A DNA stretch of 63,878 nt, filler included, from Blastocystis sp. subtype 4 (GCF_000743755.1; 6 parts of 6 records of this genome joined end to end with filler, not necessarily neighbours in it), one strand, 5' to 3'; shown: positions 25,796-38,969, counted from the whole stretch's first letter. Notes: a model not told the origin generated them from the sequence alone. Numbers and translations are program-made.

Positions 25796-27399
25796 ATGGA
25801 TCATCCTGGAAGTGCATTTCGTAAGCTAGCACCATACTATGCAAAACGAGTGGAAAAATCTATGGATGATGTTGATTTGATGGATATTCCAAGTACTCTT
25901 CGTGTTTGTAGACATCATAACCTATAATAATTTGTAGCCACCTCATGTGATAATTACACGGAATTAACGGACACATTGTCATCAACAATGAAGTTAAGGA
26001 GTCTGCTTCTGAATTTATATTTTAGCCGTAGAGCGGTTAATGAAATCGATTTCGAATGAAGATTTTGTGAAAGATGCGAATGCGTTGTTGGCAGAAACAC
26101 CAATTCCTCCCATGAATCAGAGTGCTTCGGGGACATTTTCTCGAGTTGTTGATGTCCCTCCTATTCTCATGTGTGAGAGCAACACGGTTTTCTTCTATGA
26201 AGAGTATCTGAATCTATTCCATTTTATTTGTAGAGTACTGTATGGATCCCATACAGTCGATAGTCTTGTAAATAACCGAATCACCCATCTTTTAGAACGT
26301 TTCTTGTATATGCGTCCCGAACGTATTTGCAACGCATATATGACATATGTCCGTCAAAAGAATAATGATGTACGATCTCAGATCCTCTTTCGTTTAGATT
26401 CCTGCCTTTGAAGTCTCTCCTCGCTGTCTTCTCTTTGCAGGATCCAAGTTTGATCTGAACAATGCTTATTCTCTCACATTTACGATTACTAATCATACCA
26501 ATTCACAACAAACAGTGTCCATCGAACCTGTTCCCAATGTACAGGATGTGAATCTCCGTTTAGAACTCTCGGAAAACACAGTAGTAGTAAAGAGGGGTAA
26601 GACAGCGACTGTCACTGTATACATCACATTTACATCTCGCTCTACTCAACTTTCCAAGCTGATTCTCTTTACATCCGATGCTACGAGAGATTTTGTTAAC
26701 ATCTCGGCGACTTCACAGCAAAAGGTATTTGGTATTGAACCATCCATTCTCCCTTCAGCTCTGGATGAAGGATTCCATGTACCGATTGTTCTGGTAGCAT
26801 TGAAAGAGAAGTTTCTTTCCGTGGGTGGATTAACCTCAGTAACGGTGATTGACTTGATTAACCACTAGCAAGGAGTGTTTCGATTAGCAGGTCTGGGAGA
26901 TGATATCGATGGGTTAATTGAATATTTGGATGATCATGGAGATGAAGTGCGATCAAAAGCCGATATTCCTTGTGATCAGGTTAATGTGATCGCACCTGCC
27001 ATTAAGGTACAGAACCACGTAAATCCATTTATCTATAGCAGTATTTCAGGTCGTTACCTGTTCCTATTTTCAATTCTATTGATCTTGGTGAATTAAAGAA
27101 TTGTCGAGAAATTTCGGTATTTGTCTTTCTTCTGTCTCACTTAATAGGATTATTATCAGATTCTATCTCTCCTTTCCCCTGTAAGCCGAGATTTGCTGAT
27201 GTGGTTGTTTTCGTTACTCGCTGATATCGCATTTTGCTGTAAAGATAATAAAATGAATTCAAAGAACTTGGCTATAATGATTGCTCCTAATCTTTTCTCC
27301 GAAGACGATGATCTGTTATATACAACATATCTTAAACAAGTCATTGATCTTTGTGACTGTATGATATCTCATCTTGTTGTTATTCGTCATGATAGGTAA
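25796..27399 (+). CDS. RhoGAP-domain protein
   Basis: KVFGIE...VPIVL...GVFRLAG (arginine finger) and NKMNSKNLAIMIAPNLF. TGTTTGTT at 27415-27422. Confidence 0.88.
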
Positions 27400-27648
27400 G
27401 TTTGCCTTCTCCATTGTTTGTTATGAAATTATACGATTCTAAAGTATGCACTTTATTGTGTTGTTCTTTATGTTTAGAAGTCGAAACGAAAACCTCATGC
27501 ACCATCGTATTCTGTATTCGTAGCAATATAGTTATATTATTTCTAGTATTCCCTAAAAGCAAAACGGAATGCTTTATATACTCCTTTCAACCCACGAGGT
27601 GCATTTTTCGTTTTTCGCTTATTCCTAGTTTATACACAGAAAAAGAAA

Positions 27649-28359
27649 ATGAAAGAAACTATCTCAAAGACAACATTTGTAAATCCAGAGTTAGAACGAC
27701 TTCAAACAGAGATTGCCCTTCTGAAAGAACAGAAGAAATCAATCGATTTAATGAACAAAGAGAAGTTAAATCAGGATTCTAAGAAAGAAGTTGTTGTTGT
27801 TAATGGAGACAAGTATGTTGTTAACGGAAGTAAGATGGATAAAGTGGTGAGTCCCTCCATACCAAAGAAGAAGGAAGATGTTTGCTTGACATTTTGCAAA
27901 TATGGAAGTTGTTCAAATCCAACCTGTCGGAACCGTCATGATCCATCCTTAGTACGTATATGTCCTGCGTTTTTGAGGGTATGAATTCATGTTACATCTA
28001 AGGATAGGGTTGTTGTCAGAATGAGCAGTGTACTCTCAGCCATGTCGTTAATCCCGAACTGTTACCACTTTGTTCTTTCTATCTAACGGGCCAATGTACA
28101 AATGAACATTGTAATTTTCGACACGAAAAGGTAGATATTAGCCTTTGAATTCCTTTGATAGGTGTCTGTGGATGTTCCCACATGTCACAACTTTAATGCG
28201 GGTTACTGTGCTGAAGGTTCCAAATGTAAATACAAACATCTCTATTCGCGTAAGAATGATTCTTTGCTTTCATTCTAGATATACGGTCACAAATGAAGGA
28301 TGATGTGACAGATGTCACGTCGTTCCTTCCTAGTTTTGTAAAACTAGGAACTAATTCAT
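27649..28359 (+). CDS. Tandem CCCH zinc-finger protein (ZC3H3/CPSF30-like); stop probably T+AA
   Basis: Four C-x7/8-C-x4/5-C-x3-H units (CLTFCKYGSC..., CPAFLRGCC..., CSFYLTGQC..., CHNFNAGYC...) after removing three introns. Confidence 0.8.
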
Positions 28360-28385
28360 CTCTTATTTGTTCAAAACAAACATAA

Positions 28386-31300
28386 CTACATCTTCTTAAA
28401 CATATCAAGCATACGTCGAGTGACATAGAAGCCTCCACCGATATTCACGGCTGCAAAGACAATGGCAACCATTGATACCCAGAAGGAGATGCTATTGAAA
28501 GGATCAATGGCCTGGAACAATGCGCCCAGAACTACCACACCAGAAATAGCATTGGTGACGGACATCAATGGAGTGTGTAGAGAAGGAGTCACATTCCAAA
28601 TCGAATTATAACCAACAATAATCGACAAAGCGAAGATCATCAGTTGAGATGTGAAGGTTGGAGGTAAGAAGCATCCGATTAGGATCAAACAGACAAACAG
28701 AGCCACCACAGCTAAAGCACGACGAGCATTATCACTCATCTTTTGCTGAGGCAATACAGGCTTCGAAGAAGTCGTCTTCTTGACCACAGGCTTCACAGGA
28801 GCAGGAGTAGCACTGGCCTTTGGAGGATAGGTAACTTGCTGCTCCATACACACAAGCATGTTACGAATGATTTCATCAGCTGAATCGATCTTGAAGTCCT
28901 TAGCACCATGCATATGCTCCAACAGACGGAACAGATTGTTAGCATACATCTCAGAAGCAATACGTCCCATACGACAAGGTAATTGCTTGTAACCAATAAT
29001 AGTAACGCCCTTGTGAACTACCACCTCACCTGGCTTCGTCAAGACACAATTACCACCAGTACGAGCAGCCAGATCCACAATCACAGAACCCGTCTTCATA
29101 GCCTCTACATGATCCTTTGTCAGCAGCTTAGGAGCAGGTTTTCCAGGAATAGCCGCAGTCGAAATGATCACATTACACTCTCGCGCTTGAGCTAAGAAGA
29201 GAGCCATTTCAGCCTCCAGATACTCAGGAGACATAACCTTAGCATAGCCACCAGCTCCTTCACCGCTCTCTTTGCTAGGTACACGCAGATCCAAGAAGGT
29301 ACCTCCCATAGACTCAACTTGCTCCTTACAGACAGATCGAGTATCGAAACAACGGACATCCGCTCCCATATTTTTAGCAGCACCAATAGCCTCGAGACCA
29401 GCCACACCAGATCCAATGATCAAGATCTTGCATGGATCATACTTACCAGCAGCAGTAATTTGAGGAGCGAAGAATCCTTCATAAGCAGCAGCAGCCTCGA
29501 TTACAGCTCGATACCCAGCAATCTTTCCCATTGATGATAATGAATCCAGCTTCTGAGCAGTAGTGATTCGAGGCACATTATCCATAGCCAGCCAGATAAG
29601 TCCCTTCGAGGCAGCTGTCTTCAATAACTCAGCATTCTGAGCAGGAGAAGCATATGATACCAGAATCTGCTTGCTGTGAAGCATCTCCAGTTCCTCAGGA
29701 AGAGGCTCGTTCAACTGCAAAACGATATCTGCCTGACGGAACACTTCCTCACGTGATACCAATTCCACACCCACCTTCTCATACTCCTCTGGAGAGAACT
29801 TAGCACCATCTCCAGCACCTTCTTCCATAATCACACGGAATCCCAGTTTACGAATCTTAATAGCAGCTGTAGGAGTAATAGAGACTCGTGTCTCTTCCTC
29901 TCCAATCTCCTTGGGCACACCCACAGTCATAAAAGTCTCATACTGGGAATAATCAAATTCTTCCTCCTTCTTTGCAACAGTAGTCAACCCACCTGCTACT
30001 TGTTTCTCCAGACTCTTCGCCTTCTCCCGCAATACAGACACAATGCTCTCAATAGTATCCTTCGCATTACCGAAACACATATTTGTATTCTCAAAGAAGA
30101 ACATAGGATTCTCCACATCAGCGTAACCCTTATTCATTGATCGCTTGAATACAACTACGTGCTTGGACTCCCACACACGAATCACAGGCATACCAGCAAT
30201 GGCTGACTGAGGATCATTCTCAGCAGCAGGATTCACAGTATCATTTGCTCCAATGACAAGACACACATCATTCTCAGACATGGATGGGTTCACTTCATCC
30301 ATCTCAAAGACAATGTTGTAAGGAACATTGGCTTCAGCTAGCAATACATTCATATGACCAGGAAGACGACCAGCAACAGGATGAATACCAAAAGAGACAG
30401 TCTTGCCAATACTGGTCAGAATCGTTGTCATTTCAGAGACAGCATGCTGAGCATGACCAGCAGCCATACCATATCCAGGTACGATCATAATCTTATTAGC
30501 ATCTAATAACATCTCAGCAACACCTTCAGGCTTAATGGGAAAGTGAGGTTTCTCTTCCTTAGCCTCAGCTTTGGTCTCCTTCTTATCAGCAGTTTCACCA
30601 AAACCACCAGCAAGAACACTCAAGAGAGAACGGTTCATTGACAAGCACATGATATAGGAAAGAATGGCTCCGCTGGAAGCGACAATGGCTCCTGTGATGA
30701 TTAACATGCTATTTTGAAGCATGAAACCAGCAGTGCATCCACTCACACCTGAGAAAGTGTTCAGCACCGAAATCACCACAGGCATATCAGAGCCTCCAAT
30801 AGGAACAACAAAGTAATAACCATACAAAGCTGAGATGAGAATAAGCAGTATATTGAAGACAACACCATACTTTTCGACGTGTAGAACCCCAGGGAAATAC
30901 TCTCTCACACAATCATCGAAGTAACTGCTTAGACCAGAAAGAACCATCAGAATGACAGCAATAATCACAAAGATTGTGTTCCATGTGGATTGAGCAGGAA
31001 GCTTCTTGAATTTCTTACCATCCAGTTTCATACAAGCAACAATTGATCCAACAAATGTGACGATTCCAATAAAGATTCCAAGCTCCATAAACACGATTTG
31101 AGTAATCGACTCAGCCGTTCTATACTGAGGTGTAAGGAACGTAAGAGCACTAAACAATCAGATAATGACTTAAGAATTACTTGGGGGAGAAATACAAAGC
31201 AATACCCTCAAGAGCAGCAGCTAAACCACCAAAGGCATTGAGGAGACCAACCATTTGAGGCATTCCTGTCATTGCAACAGAATGAGCCATCCAAACACCA

Positions 31301-31681
31301 ATCAATACTCCAATAAGGAGTACAACAGGAGGCAACCACCACGCCTGATACAGGTTTAATATGTTGTGGTCTTTACTGGGATTAACCAGCAAACTCCAAT
31401 CCGAAGTACTAGCAAGAATACCCGTACGAATATACTGCATGACAACGCATGCAACCATACCAATAATACCAAACCTATATGAAAAACAAAAGCGACTTAG
31501 TACCAGTTTCCAGCTCGAGCACTCTCCTGCTGACTCAGCCCCAAAATAGAGAAGATAAAAAGAACGGCACTTGCTACATAGATCACATCTGTGAAAGACT
31601 CAAGTGCTCTGGAAGCAGTGACGTTTTGAAGTCCAAAATCTGGGAATCACCGTGAACAAAGGACATCTCACCTAAATCCAT
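28386..31681 (-). CDS. NNT: NAD(P) transhydrogenase, beta-alpha fused order
   Basis: Beta TM part (ARAGNWFGIIGM, MPQMVGLLNAFGG), dIII (PGYGMA, HPVAGRLPGHMNVLLAEA), then alpha dI (VGVPKE, GSGVAGL) and LHTPLMSVTNAISG. Confidence 0.96.
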
Positions 31682-32241
31682 TCGATTGTCAATTGACTAG
31701 AATGTTTTTGATCAATGGTTTGATAGTGCACCAATTAAATTGGTTCTACCAATCAAATCTGCCCCTCAATAGAAGCTCCATTCTTTGAAAGAAGGATGCA
31801 GAACAGATAAATCCTAATGTAATGGGTTTAAAAACAGCATATATGCAGTTCTATTGTTGTTGAGATCAATTAACACGCAGTTTGCTGGATGATGACAGAA
31901 TTCATAGAATCTTATTTAGTAAAAGGTCAGAACAGTATCAAATGTTGAAAACGATGTTGATGTTATTGTCTCGAGAATTCCTCATTGGTATTTCATCCAG
32001 TTCTAGATATGAATACTCTCGTAATAGGAAGTATTATTGTCTCTAATCGCTTCAACTTAAGCAAGAATCATCGTGTCTTAATCATCAAGACGAGTCACAC
32101 TATACAGTTGTTTGTCTCTATTTCGTGTGACAGAGAGTCAAGGTAAGTGTCATTGTACTCAAAACATTCCTATATTCTCATTTATCAAGAATTGGATGGT
32201 GGAAGAATGATGATGACGGGATTCTAATACTGGATGTAGAA

Positions 32242-32327
32242 ATGTTCGAAAAGGAAGTTGTCATTGATTGTCGTGGCCACATTATGGGTCGTTTGGCCTC
32301 CATTGTTGCCAAGGAGCTGCTTTGCGG
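32242..32327 (+). CDS. RPL13A: 60S ribosomal protein L13a (uL13), 5' fragment cut by spacer
   Basis: [29 protein letters not shown]. Confidence 0.92.
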
Positions 32328-32427
32328 NNNNNNNNNNNNNNNNNNNNNNNNNNNNNNNNNNNNNNNNNNNNTTAATTAATTAANNNNNNNNNNNNNNNNN
32401 NNNNNNNNNNNNNNNNNNNNNNNNNNN
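32328..32427. other. Assembly spacer
   Basis: N44-TTAATTAATTAA-N44. Confidence 0.97.
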
Positions 32428-32947
32428 GGATCTGGTAGCAACTGTGGGTGATAAGAAGTATCCTGTTCATGTGGAGTATGAGGGAGAAACAATGATGCTG
32501 ACAATCGATGGAAAGAAGGTGAAGGTAGAGAATCCTGCATTTGAGTGTGAGAATACAATCATGGGAGCAAGAGTAAATGGCGAAGATGTGAAGGTACAAT
32601 ACTTCGAACCAACAACTGAAGGATACAACATGCAATATTGTGGAGGAAACTTTGAAGTATTGCTGCGTAGTGCTCGTGCTGAGGAACTGAGCAAGTACAT
32701 GATCCCTAAGGTAGTCCCTGATACAAGCAAGTTCCTTGCCTCTCCTATGGCTGGAGCTCTGGTGAAGGTAAATGTGAAGGAAGGAGATCGAGTAGAAGCT
32801 GGACAGGCTCTGGCTGTCGTGGAAGCCATGAAGATGCAAAACGAATTGTATGCTCAAAAGGCTTGTGTAGTGAAGAAGGTATACTTCAAACCTGGACAGA
32901 ATCTGGCTCTTGATGATGTTATCATGGACTTTGATACCACTGCCTAA
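32428..32947 (+). CDS. PCCA: Propionyl-CoA carboxylase alpha, C-terminal biotin-carrier fragment
   Basis: DTSKFLASPMAGALV...VVEAMKMQN (biotinylated MKM). Confidence 0.85.
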
Positions 32948-33135
32948 GTCAAGGGAATCTGATCCATGCTTGTTTTATCGTAGTAAGAGAGTTATGCGCA
33001 ACTGATACCCTCTTGTTTGTTACAACCTTATTGACCTTTTTATAGGTTGGTTTGATGTCTCAGTATTATATTGTTTACAACCAGACCTATATCATTTACA
33101 CTTAGTTTTAGCATTTCAGTTGTATTCACATTTTT

Positions 33136-35224
33136 ATGGATAATGTATATTGCTAATGTATGGTATTGAAGAATAGTATAGTGGCGAGAGTGAAAACTGG
33201 AGAGTGGGTAATCGTCGGATAGACGAAGAATCATTTAACAGAAGTTCTTATAATCAGCGTGGCAATCAACAGCGCAACTCAAACTATCGTTATAACAATA
33301 ATCAGAACCGACAGCGTTACCAGAATAATCGATCTGGTGGAGATGGTGAACGAGACAACTGGAGACGATGTAAAGTTGTTGGGAGACGAATAATACATAG
33401 ATGATAATAACAACAATCGTAACGGTTATCAGCAAAGAAATAGTGGAAATTATGTTAACAGAGCAAACTCAAATCGATACGATAATAATGGTAATGCGGT
33501 TACACTTCAGGCTGTTATTGAGGATCCGTCTTCTTTGGAAGCTGTGCATGAAGCACGAAAACGTTTTTTAGAGTCCTTTACTGAAGAGGACAGTGTTGCT
33601 GTTGTGAATGACAAGCTTGTATATGTTGGTGTTTATGAGTTGTCTCATTGGTAGAGCATCGCTGGAATAATTCATTTTGGTGAGTTAATGAAGGACAATT
33701 CTGAGTGTCCTTTGCATTACACTATTTACAACAAGAAGTAGATCTCATATGTCTCTTGAGATTTAGAATTGTAAAAGTGAACTCCGAAGTTGTAGAAGAG
33801 GAAGAGAAACTTGATGAGAATTGTTGGGATATGCCAACCACAGAAGACTTTTCTCTAGATGTCGTTATTAATTAAAATAATAAGAAATAGATGAATAGTA
33901 GTGTTTTGGAAGCTGGTCGAAGTGCCTTCTTGGAGAAGAAACTGCTTCAGTCGAGGGAGTGTGTGGAGCGTGAACGTGCTGAGGTGGAACACGGTCTTCA
34001 GAAGCTAGAGGAGAATGCAGAAGGGAAATCTCTGCTGGAAATGTTGTCACTGCCAGAAGGCGAAGTATCGCTCTCACCTGCTCCTGTGGAGTAGAAGTCG
34101 AAATCTAAGTTGAATTGTAGAGATGAACTAACACCTCGTTCGACGGCCGAGGGACTGATAGAAGGAATCATCGAGCCTGATACAGAGACCCAGGTTCCCA
34201 TTCAAAGTGAAGTGGTGACAAAACCTCCTGCAGAGTCAATGGATGGAAATGCACTGGAGCAAGAACTGATGAACCAGGCACAGAAGGGAACCCAACCAAA
34301 GAACCCTTCGGAACCTTTTGTTCGACCTGTGGATCAAATGGATCATGGACATGTTGCTCAGGACTTCTCTCGACATATACCCGAGTATTCGCAGAGAGTG
34401 AATCCAGATTTGATGGGATCGCTTCGAGGTTCGTGTTTTGAATGTGGATCATTATTAGATGTACGCAATCCATATTTCGATTCTCCATTGGATTCGTTGC
34501 CTCCTGAGCAAATGGACTATGGATATGGAGGTCGGATTATGATGCCTGCGGACTATCAGCGTTATCGTGAGATCGATCCTCGTTTAGTTCGTGATTCACG
34601 CATTCCGATGAAGTTGGTGTGATGGTGGGTAATGATTTATAGTCGTGGGAACGGAATGCGACAAGTATACTACGTACCAAATCGTTACTTCAATCAAATG
34701 CGACATGATTCTCATCCGGATCTTTTTCAAGTAAGTGAAAGGAACCAGAATGATTGATAGATGTTTGATGAGAAGGAACGTGCTCAGCAGATTCAGGTTC
34801 AGTTGTACCAGCAGCAGCAAGAGCGAGAGATGATGTTACGCCAACAGCAGATGGATCGAATGCGTACTCAACAGATGAATGAACACGGGTGAGAGAGATG
34901 AAGGTGAATGAGGAGTAGAATGCGAATGACGCGAGGTATGCGAGAGATGCCTTTGGGATATGGTGGTCCTCAGCAATCTGCCCCTGGACAGTATAGTGGG
35001 TATCCTTCACAACGAAGTTTGTATGACCAGAGAAGTCTCAATCCATATGAACAGCGAGGACCCAGTCCTTTTGAGCAGCGAGGTCCGACAACCTTTGATC
35101 AGTTAGGATCAGGTCCTTTTGAACAACGTGGTACCAATTCACTGGATCAACGAGGTGTAAACGGGTTTGATCAAAGACAATCCAACGCTTTCAATCAGCG
35201 TAACATCTATCGATCTCCTTATTA
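33136..35224 (+). CDS. Low-complexity N/Q/R/Y-rich protein with C-terminal octapeptide repeats; stop TA+A
   Basis: Spliced start MDN|YSGESENW, chain of + strand ORFs, TGTTTGTG 4 nt after an in-frame TA. Confidence 0.6.
35021..35200 (+). repeat. Degenerate 24-nt coding tandem repeat, about 8 x [F/Y][D/E]QRGxxx
   Basis: YDQRSLNP YEQRGPSP FEQRGPTT FDQLGSGP FEQRGTNS LDQRGVNG FDQRQSNA FNQR. Confidence 0.8.
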
Positions 35225-35247
35225 TCGTTGTTTGTGGAAGAAACAGA

Positions 35248-36394
35248 TTATGCAATTTCTGAGATCATCAAGAGATAATTGCTATTTGAACAACTTAGCA
35301 CTGCATTATCAGTGAGCGTATCCACGAAACAAAGACTATTTGGAATGTTTCGAAGCTTCACATGCAACTGTTGATCAAAACGACGACCATTTGCAGTTTT
35401 ACTGCAAATCGACATTCTACTATCTGCACCCACCGAAAAGACCAAATTGGATCCCTCCATATTCTTTCCTGTTGTAACCTAAATCTCATCGTCTCCATCC
35501 AATTCCACTTTCTTAACAGAATCACTATGTGGTTTACAGATGATGTAATTCTCCAGGGCAATATCCTTTCCTGAAGGACATACACAACGAATGGAACCAT
35601 CATCACAACCAACATATGTCATATTCTCTAAGAATAATATGGTACCTGCACTGCCCACCATCATAATTTATACAGATATCTCGAATAACGGGAGCCTCCA
35701 CTAATCCTTCTTCAGTATCAGGTAGAACAGGAAGAACCGTTTCATGAAGTTTCTCTCCTGTCATTGAACTAATTATCACGGATCTATTTGATTATTACTA
35801 GTTATATAGTGTAGTGAGGTCTCCTGAAGCCATTAACGATACACTACAATTGAAGTCCATTCAAATGGATACTTCTTTCCCTGACGGTAAAATGCAATGT
35901 TATTTACGGTCCTATCAAAGTTCATCATTCGAGTTGGTTCATGTGTATACACATTGAAAATATCAATATTCCTAATCATCATACAAATATTAACACACGT
36001 TACCCATTACTATTGCACGTTCCAACAAAATAACCCTCAGGATCAATACACATACAATTAATGGTAGTGGACGGACTGTCATCTTCCTAAGCACATCAGT
36101 TTCATACACCGAACCTACAGGCTCATACGAACTCACGACAGTAGCCAAATTTCGCAAATCAAACTCCAGTACTTGGTTACCACAGGCAACAAATAGTTGC
36201 TGCATCATTCGAGGATTGTGACAAATAGATACAATTCGCTTGTTGAAGAAACCATCCAAAATGTTTATACAACCCATTGTCCGAAGGTCCCATAGTCGAA
36301 CTGTATGATCATCGCTCCCTGATGCAGCGATCGTATTCCAATACGTAAGACAGTTGACACCATCATTATGACCATAAAGAGGATCAAACTTCAT
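35248..36394 (-). CDS. WD40-repeat protein
   Basis: GHNDGVNCL...ASGSDDHTVRLWD, VGCDDGSIR, SVGADSRM. Confidence 0.8.
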
Positions 36395-36578
36395 TTCGAT
36401 TTACGATAATTCGGATTCCCACGAATCTCTTGGAACGATAATAAGTGACGAAAAGGAATATCCGCAAACATCATGAAAAAACCGTAGGTGACGCCTAAAC
36501 TTTTGTTCATCCAACCACAGGATAGAACCGATATCAAACTTGTCAATCCTCCGTCTTCGTGTTCAGGAGAGATCACAA

Positions 36579-38969
36579 CATGGATAATGTATTTTCATCG
36601 AAACGTATTCCTGTTACTATGAATAACCGTATGATTTCGTGCAGCCAAATCTCAATTCGAAGTTTCAGTACCGCTTCTGATGATTCTACCATTCATTATT
36701 GCCGAAGCAACGGAGATGCTGTCAGGGAATATCGTATTCGACTGTGCGAACCTTGTACATTGACAATCGATGTACTGGTTCCTTATGAGTAGTATTCTAT
36801 TCAATATAAAAGTGTAGACTCGATGTATTTGACAACCGGGGTATCGAAACCCAGATTTGGACAAATCTGTGTGATAAGTACAGTTCGACAGGTCGATGGC
36901 ATGCGATCCCTGCACGTCGAACCGAGATTCATAAAGAGCTTCGCGGCCGTGTTCATTCATTTTCTGCTTCTATTATTCCCATTCGATGTGGTGTTTTTGA
37001 ATTCACTGCCCGAACACGGGCCCCCAAATCTGGAAACAGTGACTGGGTCTGGGCCACTCACTATGAGAAGAACGAAACTATTCATGTGATTCGTACAGGA
37101 ACTCAAAGAAGTGGACTCACCCAAGGAGCCGTGAGACAACTGGCTCAGTGGTTCGATGATATTCTAATTTGCTGGTATGTCAGCGAAATGGATCATCATT
37201 CTGGATCATGCTGTTCCAAAAGCGAGTCTGGCCATAGCATTCTCGCCGCCTATTCTGCTGCTTTCCTCTCGGTCATTGCGCTTCAAGAGGGAACTGATGT
37301 AAGTATGATGTGAGCAAGTTACCCGTAGCTAGAGACGTGCGTAGCCATGAGTCGAGTACTAAGTGAAAGTGAATGGCTCAGCAACAAGAACAATGCGATG
37401 AAAGTGATGGTCTGGTGTATTGGTAGCACCTATCTGGCATCAACCTTCGTTAACAGTATTAATGAATACATCTTGGCTCCCGTAACAGCTGAATCTATTC
37501 GTCGAATACGCATGATTGCTCTCGATAACGATAAGTATATCAAGAAAGTACCTAGCAGTATTCTAAATCTTATGTCCACTCTCTCTGGTGATAGTTGTTG
37601 GATCGTCTCCTTTATCTAATTCACAGTGATGATCCCAAATCCTCTTCAACCCTCTCTAGAAAAAGCAAGTCGACATTCAATGGCAGTCAATGAGAATCAG
37701 AACGATGTTCTTATGGAACTACTTTTATCCTTTGTAAAGTCCCATGATTCTTCATGGTTTCCTCAGCAGTTCTATCGTCAACTTATGATTCTCCTGACAT
37801 CAACCACTGTACATATGCAATGGATCCTCAACTATAGTCCCAACTCATTCGAGTGTTTGTCCAGCGAATACTTCGTTGTTTATTTGAGAAGGACGATTCG
37901 ACGTACGACACCGATGCTCCTATCTCCTCTCGTCAGCAAGTCACAGTGGCGATTATTGAAGCCTTTGAGCTTTATAATGAAACGTACTTTTTGGACTCTC
38001 CTTGATATTCAGGGTTTGGGATAATGAGAAAGAAAACATAAAGCAGGAGCAGGACTCAACCATTGAATACTTGACACCTGATGGTGGTCCTCTACTACCC
38101 CTTCTCTCTCTTATCCGCATCCTCTTCATTCCTCATGGATCGCGAGCATCGCAAGAAAGAAGTAGAAAAGTGAGCTCGCTCCCTATTACTGATGATGTAA
38201 CATCAGGGCCATTTCAAAAGGACAAACTCTGTCTAAGTGCAACTCTTCTTCACACGTTTGCCAACATGACAGATGATCATCCCGATTTCATGTTAGAATC
38301 ACAGAACTCAATGAAGAATAGGAAAATGAAAGAAACAATACTCTCGTTAGCAGGACAGGATGATACCATTCTGCTTGAAACAGTAAAACGGATCATTTCC
38401 ATGCGACCTGCATCTTCAAACAATCACACACACTTCCTATGCATTATTGAACAACTCCTAATTTCCCATTCACATCTATTCGTTCAGTACAAATCCCTTC
38501 TAGTACGGTGCAATCCATGGAATTGATCTTAGAATCGTGTAATTGCGTACATTCTGCGCTGTGTCCACTCTGTGAATATTTATGTATCTCTTCGAGCATT
38601 ACAGTAAGTTCACAATCCATAGTTCAGTCAAAGGGTTCTGGAGTACACTCCAAAATCAGTTATCTGGAAACTTATTCTCCATTGTAATGTTTCTGTTGTC
38701 GAAAAGGTAAAGAACAGATACAAATGTCTAACAGCTAGTTGACAGAATACCTTGAAGAAGCAGAAACTCATTGGCTGCTTCATATTCGCGTTTCAGCTCA
38801 GTGTCTCCATAGAGCATTGGAAAATGCTGGAATATTGAAGAACGGAGTATATCATTATCAGAGAATGATGATTTGTAGATTGTCAACCTGGAATCATTAT
38901 CTTCAGACGGGGAATCTGGAATTCCTTCAAAAACTCATTCGCTTGAATGTCGTTTCTCGTCTTATAGCT
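36579..38969 (+). CDS. Hypothetical multi-exon protein (helical); stop possibly T+AA
   Basis: Continuous chain of + strand ORFs separated by ~30-nt GT-AG introns. TGTTTCTT at 38974-38981. Confidence 0.5.
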
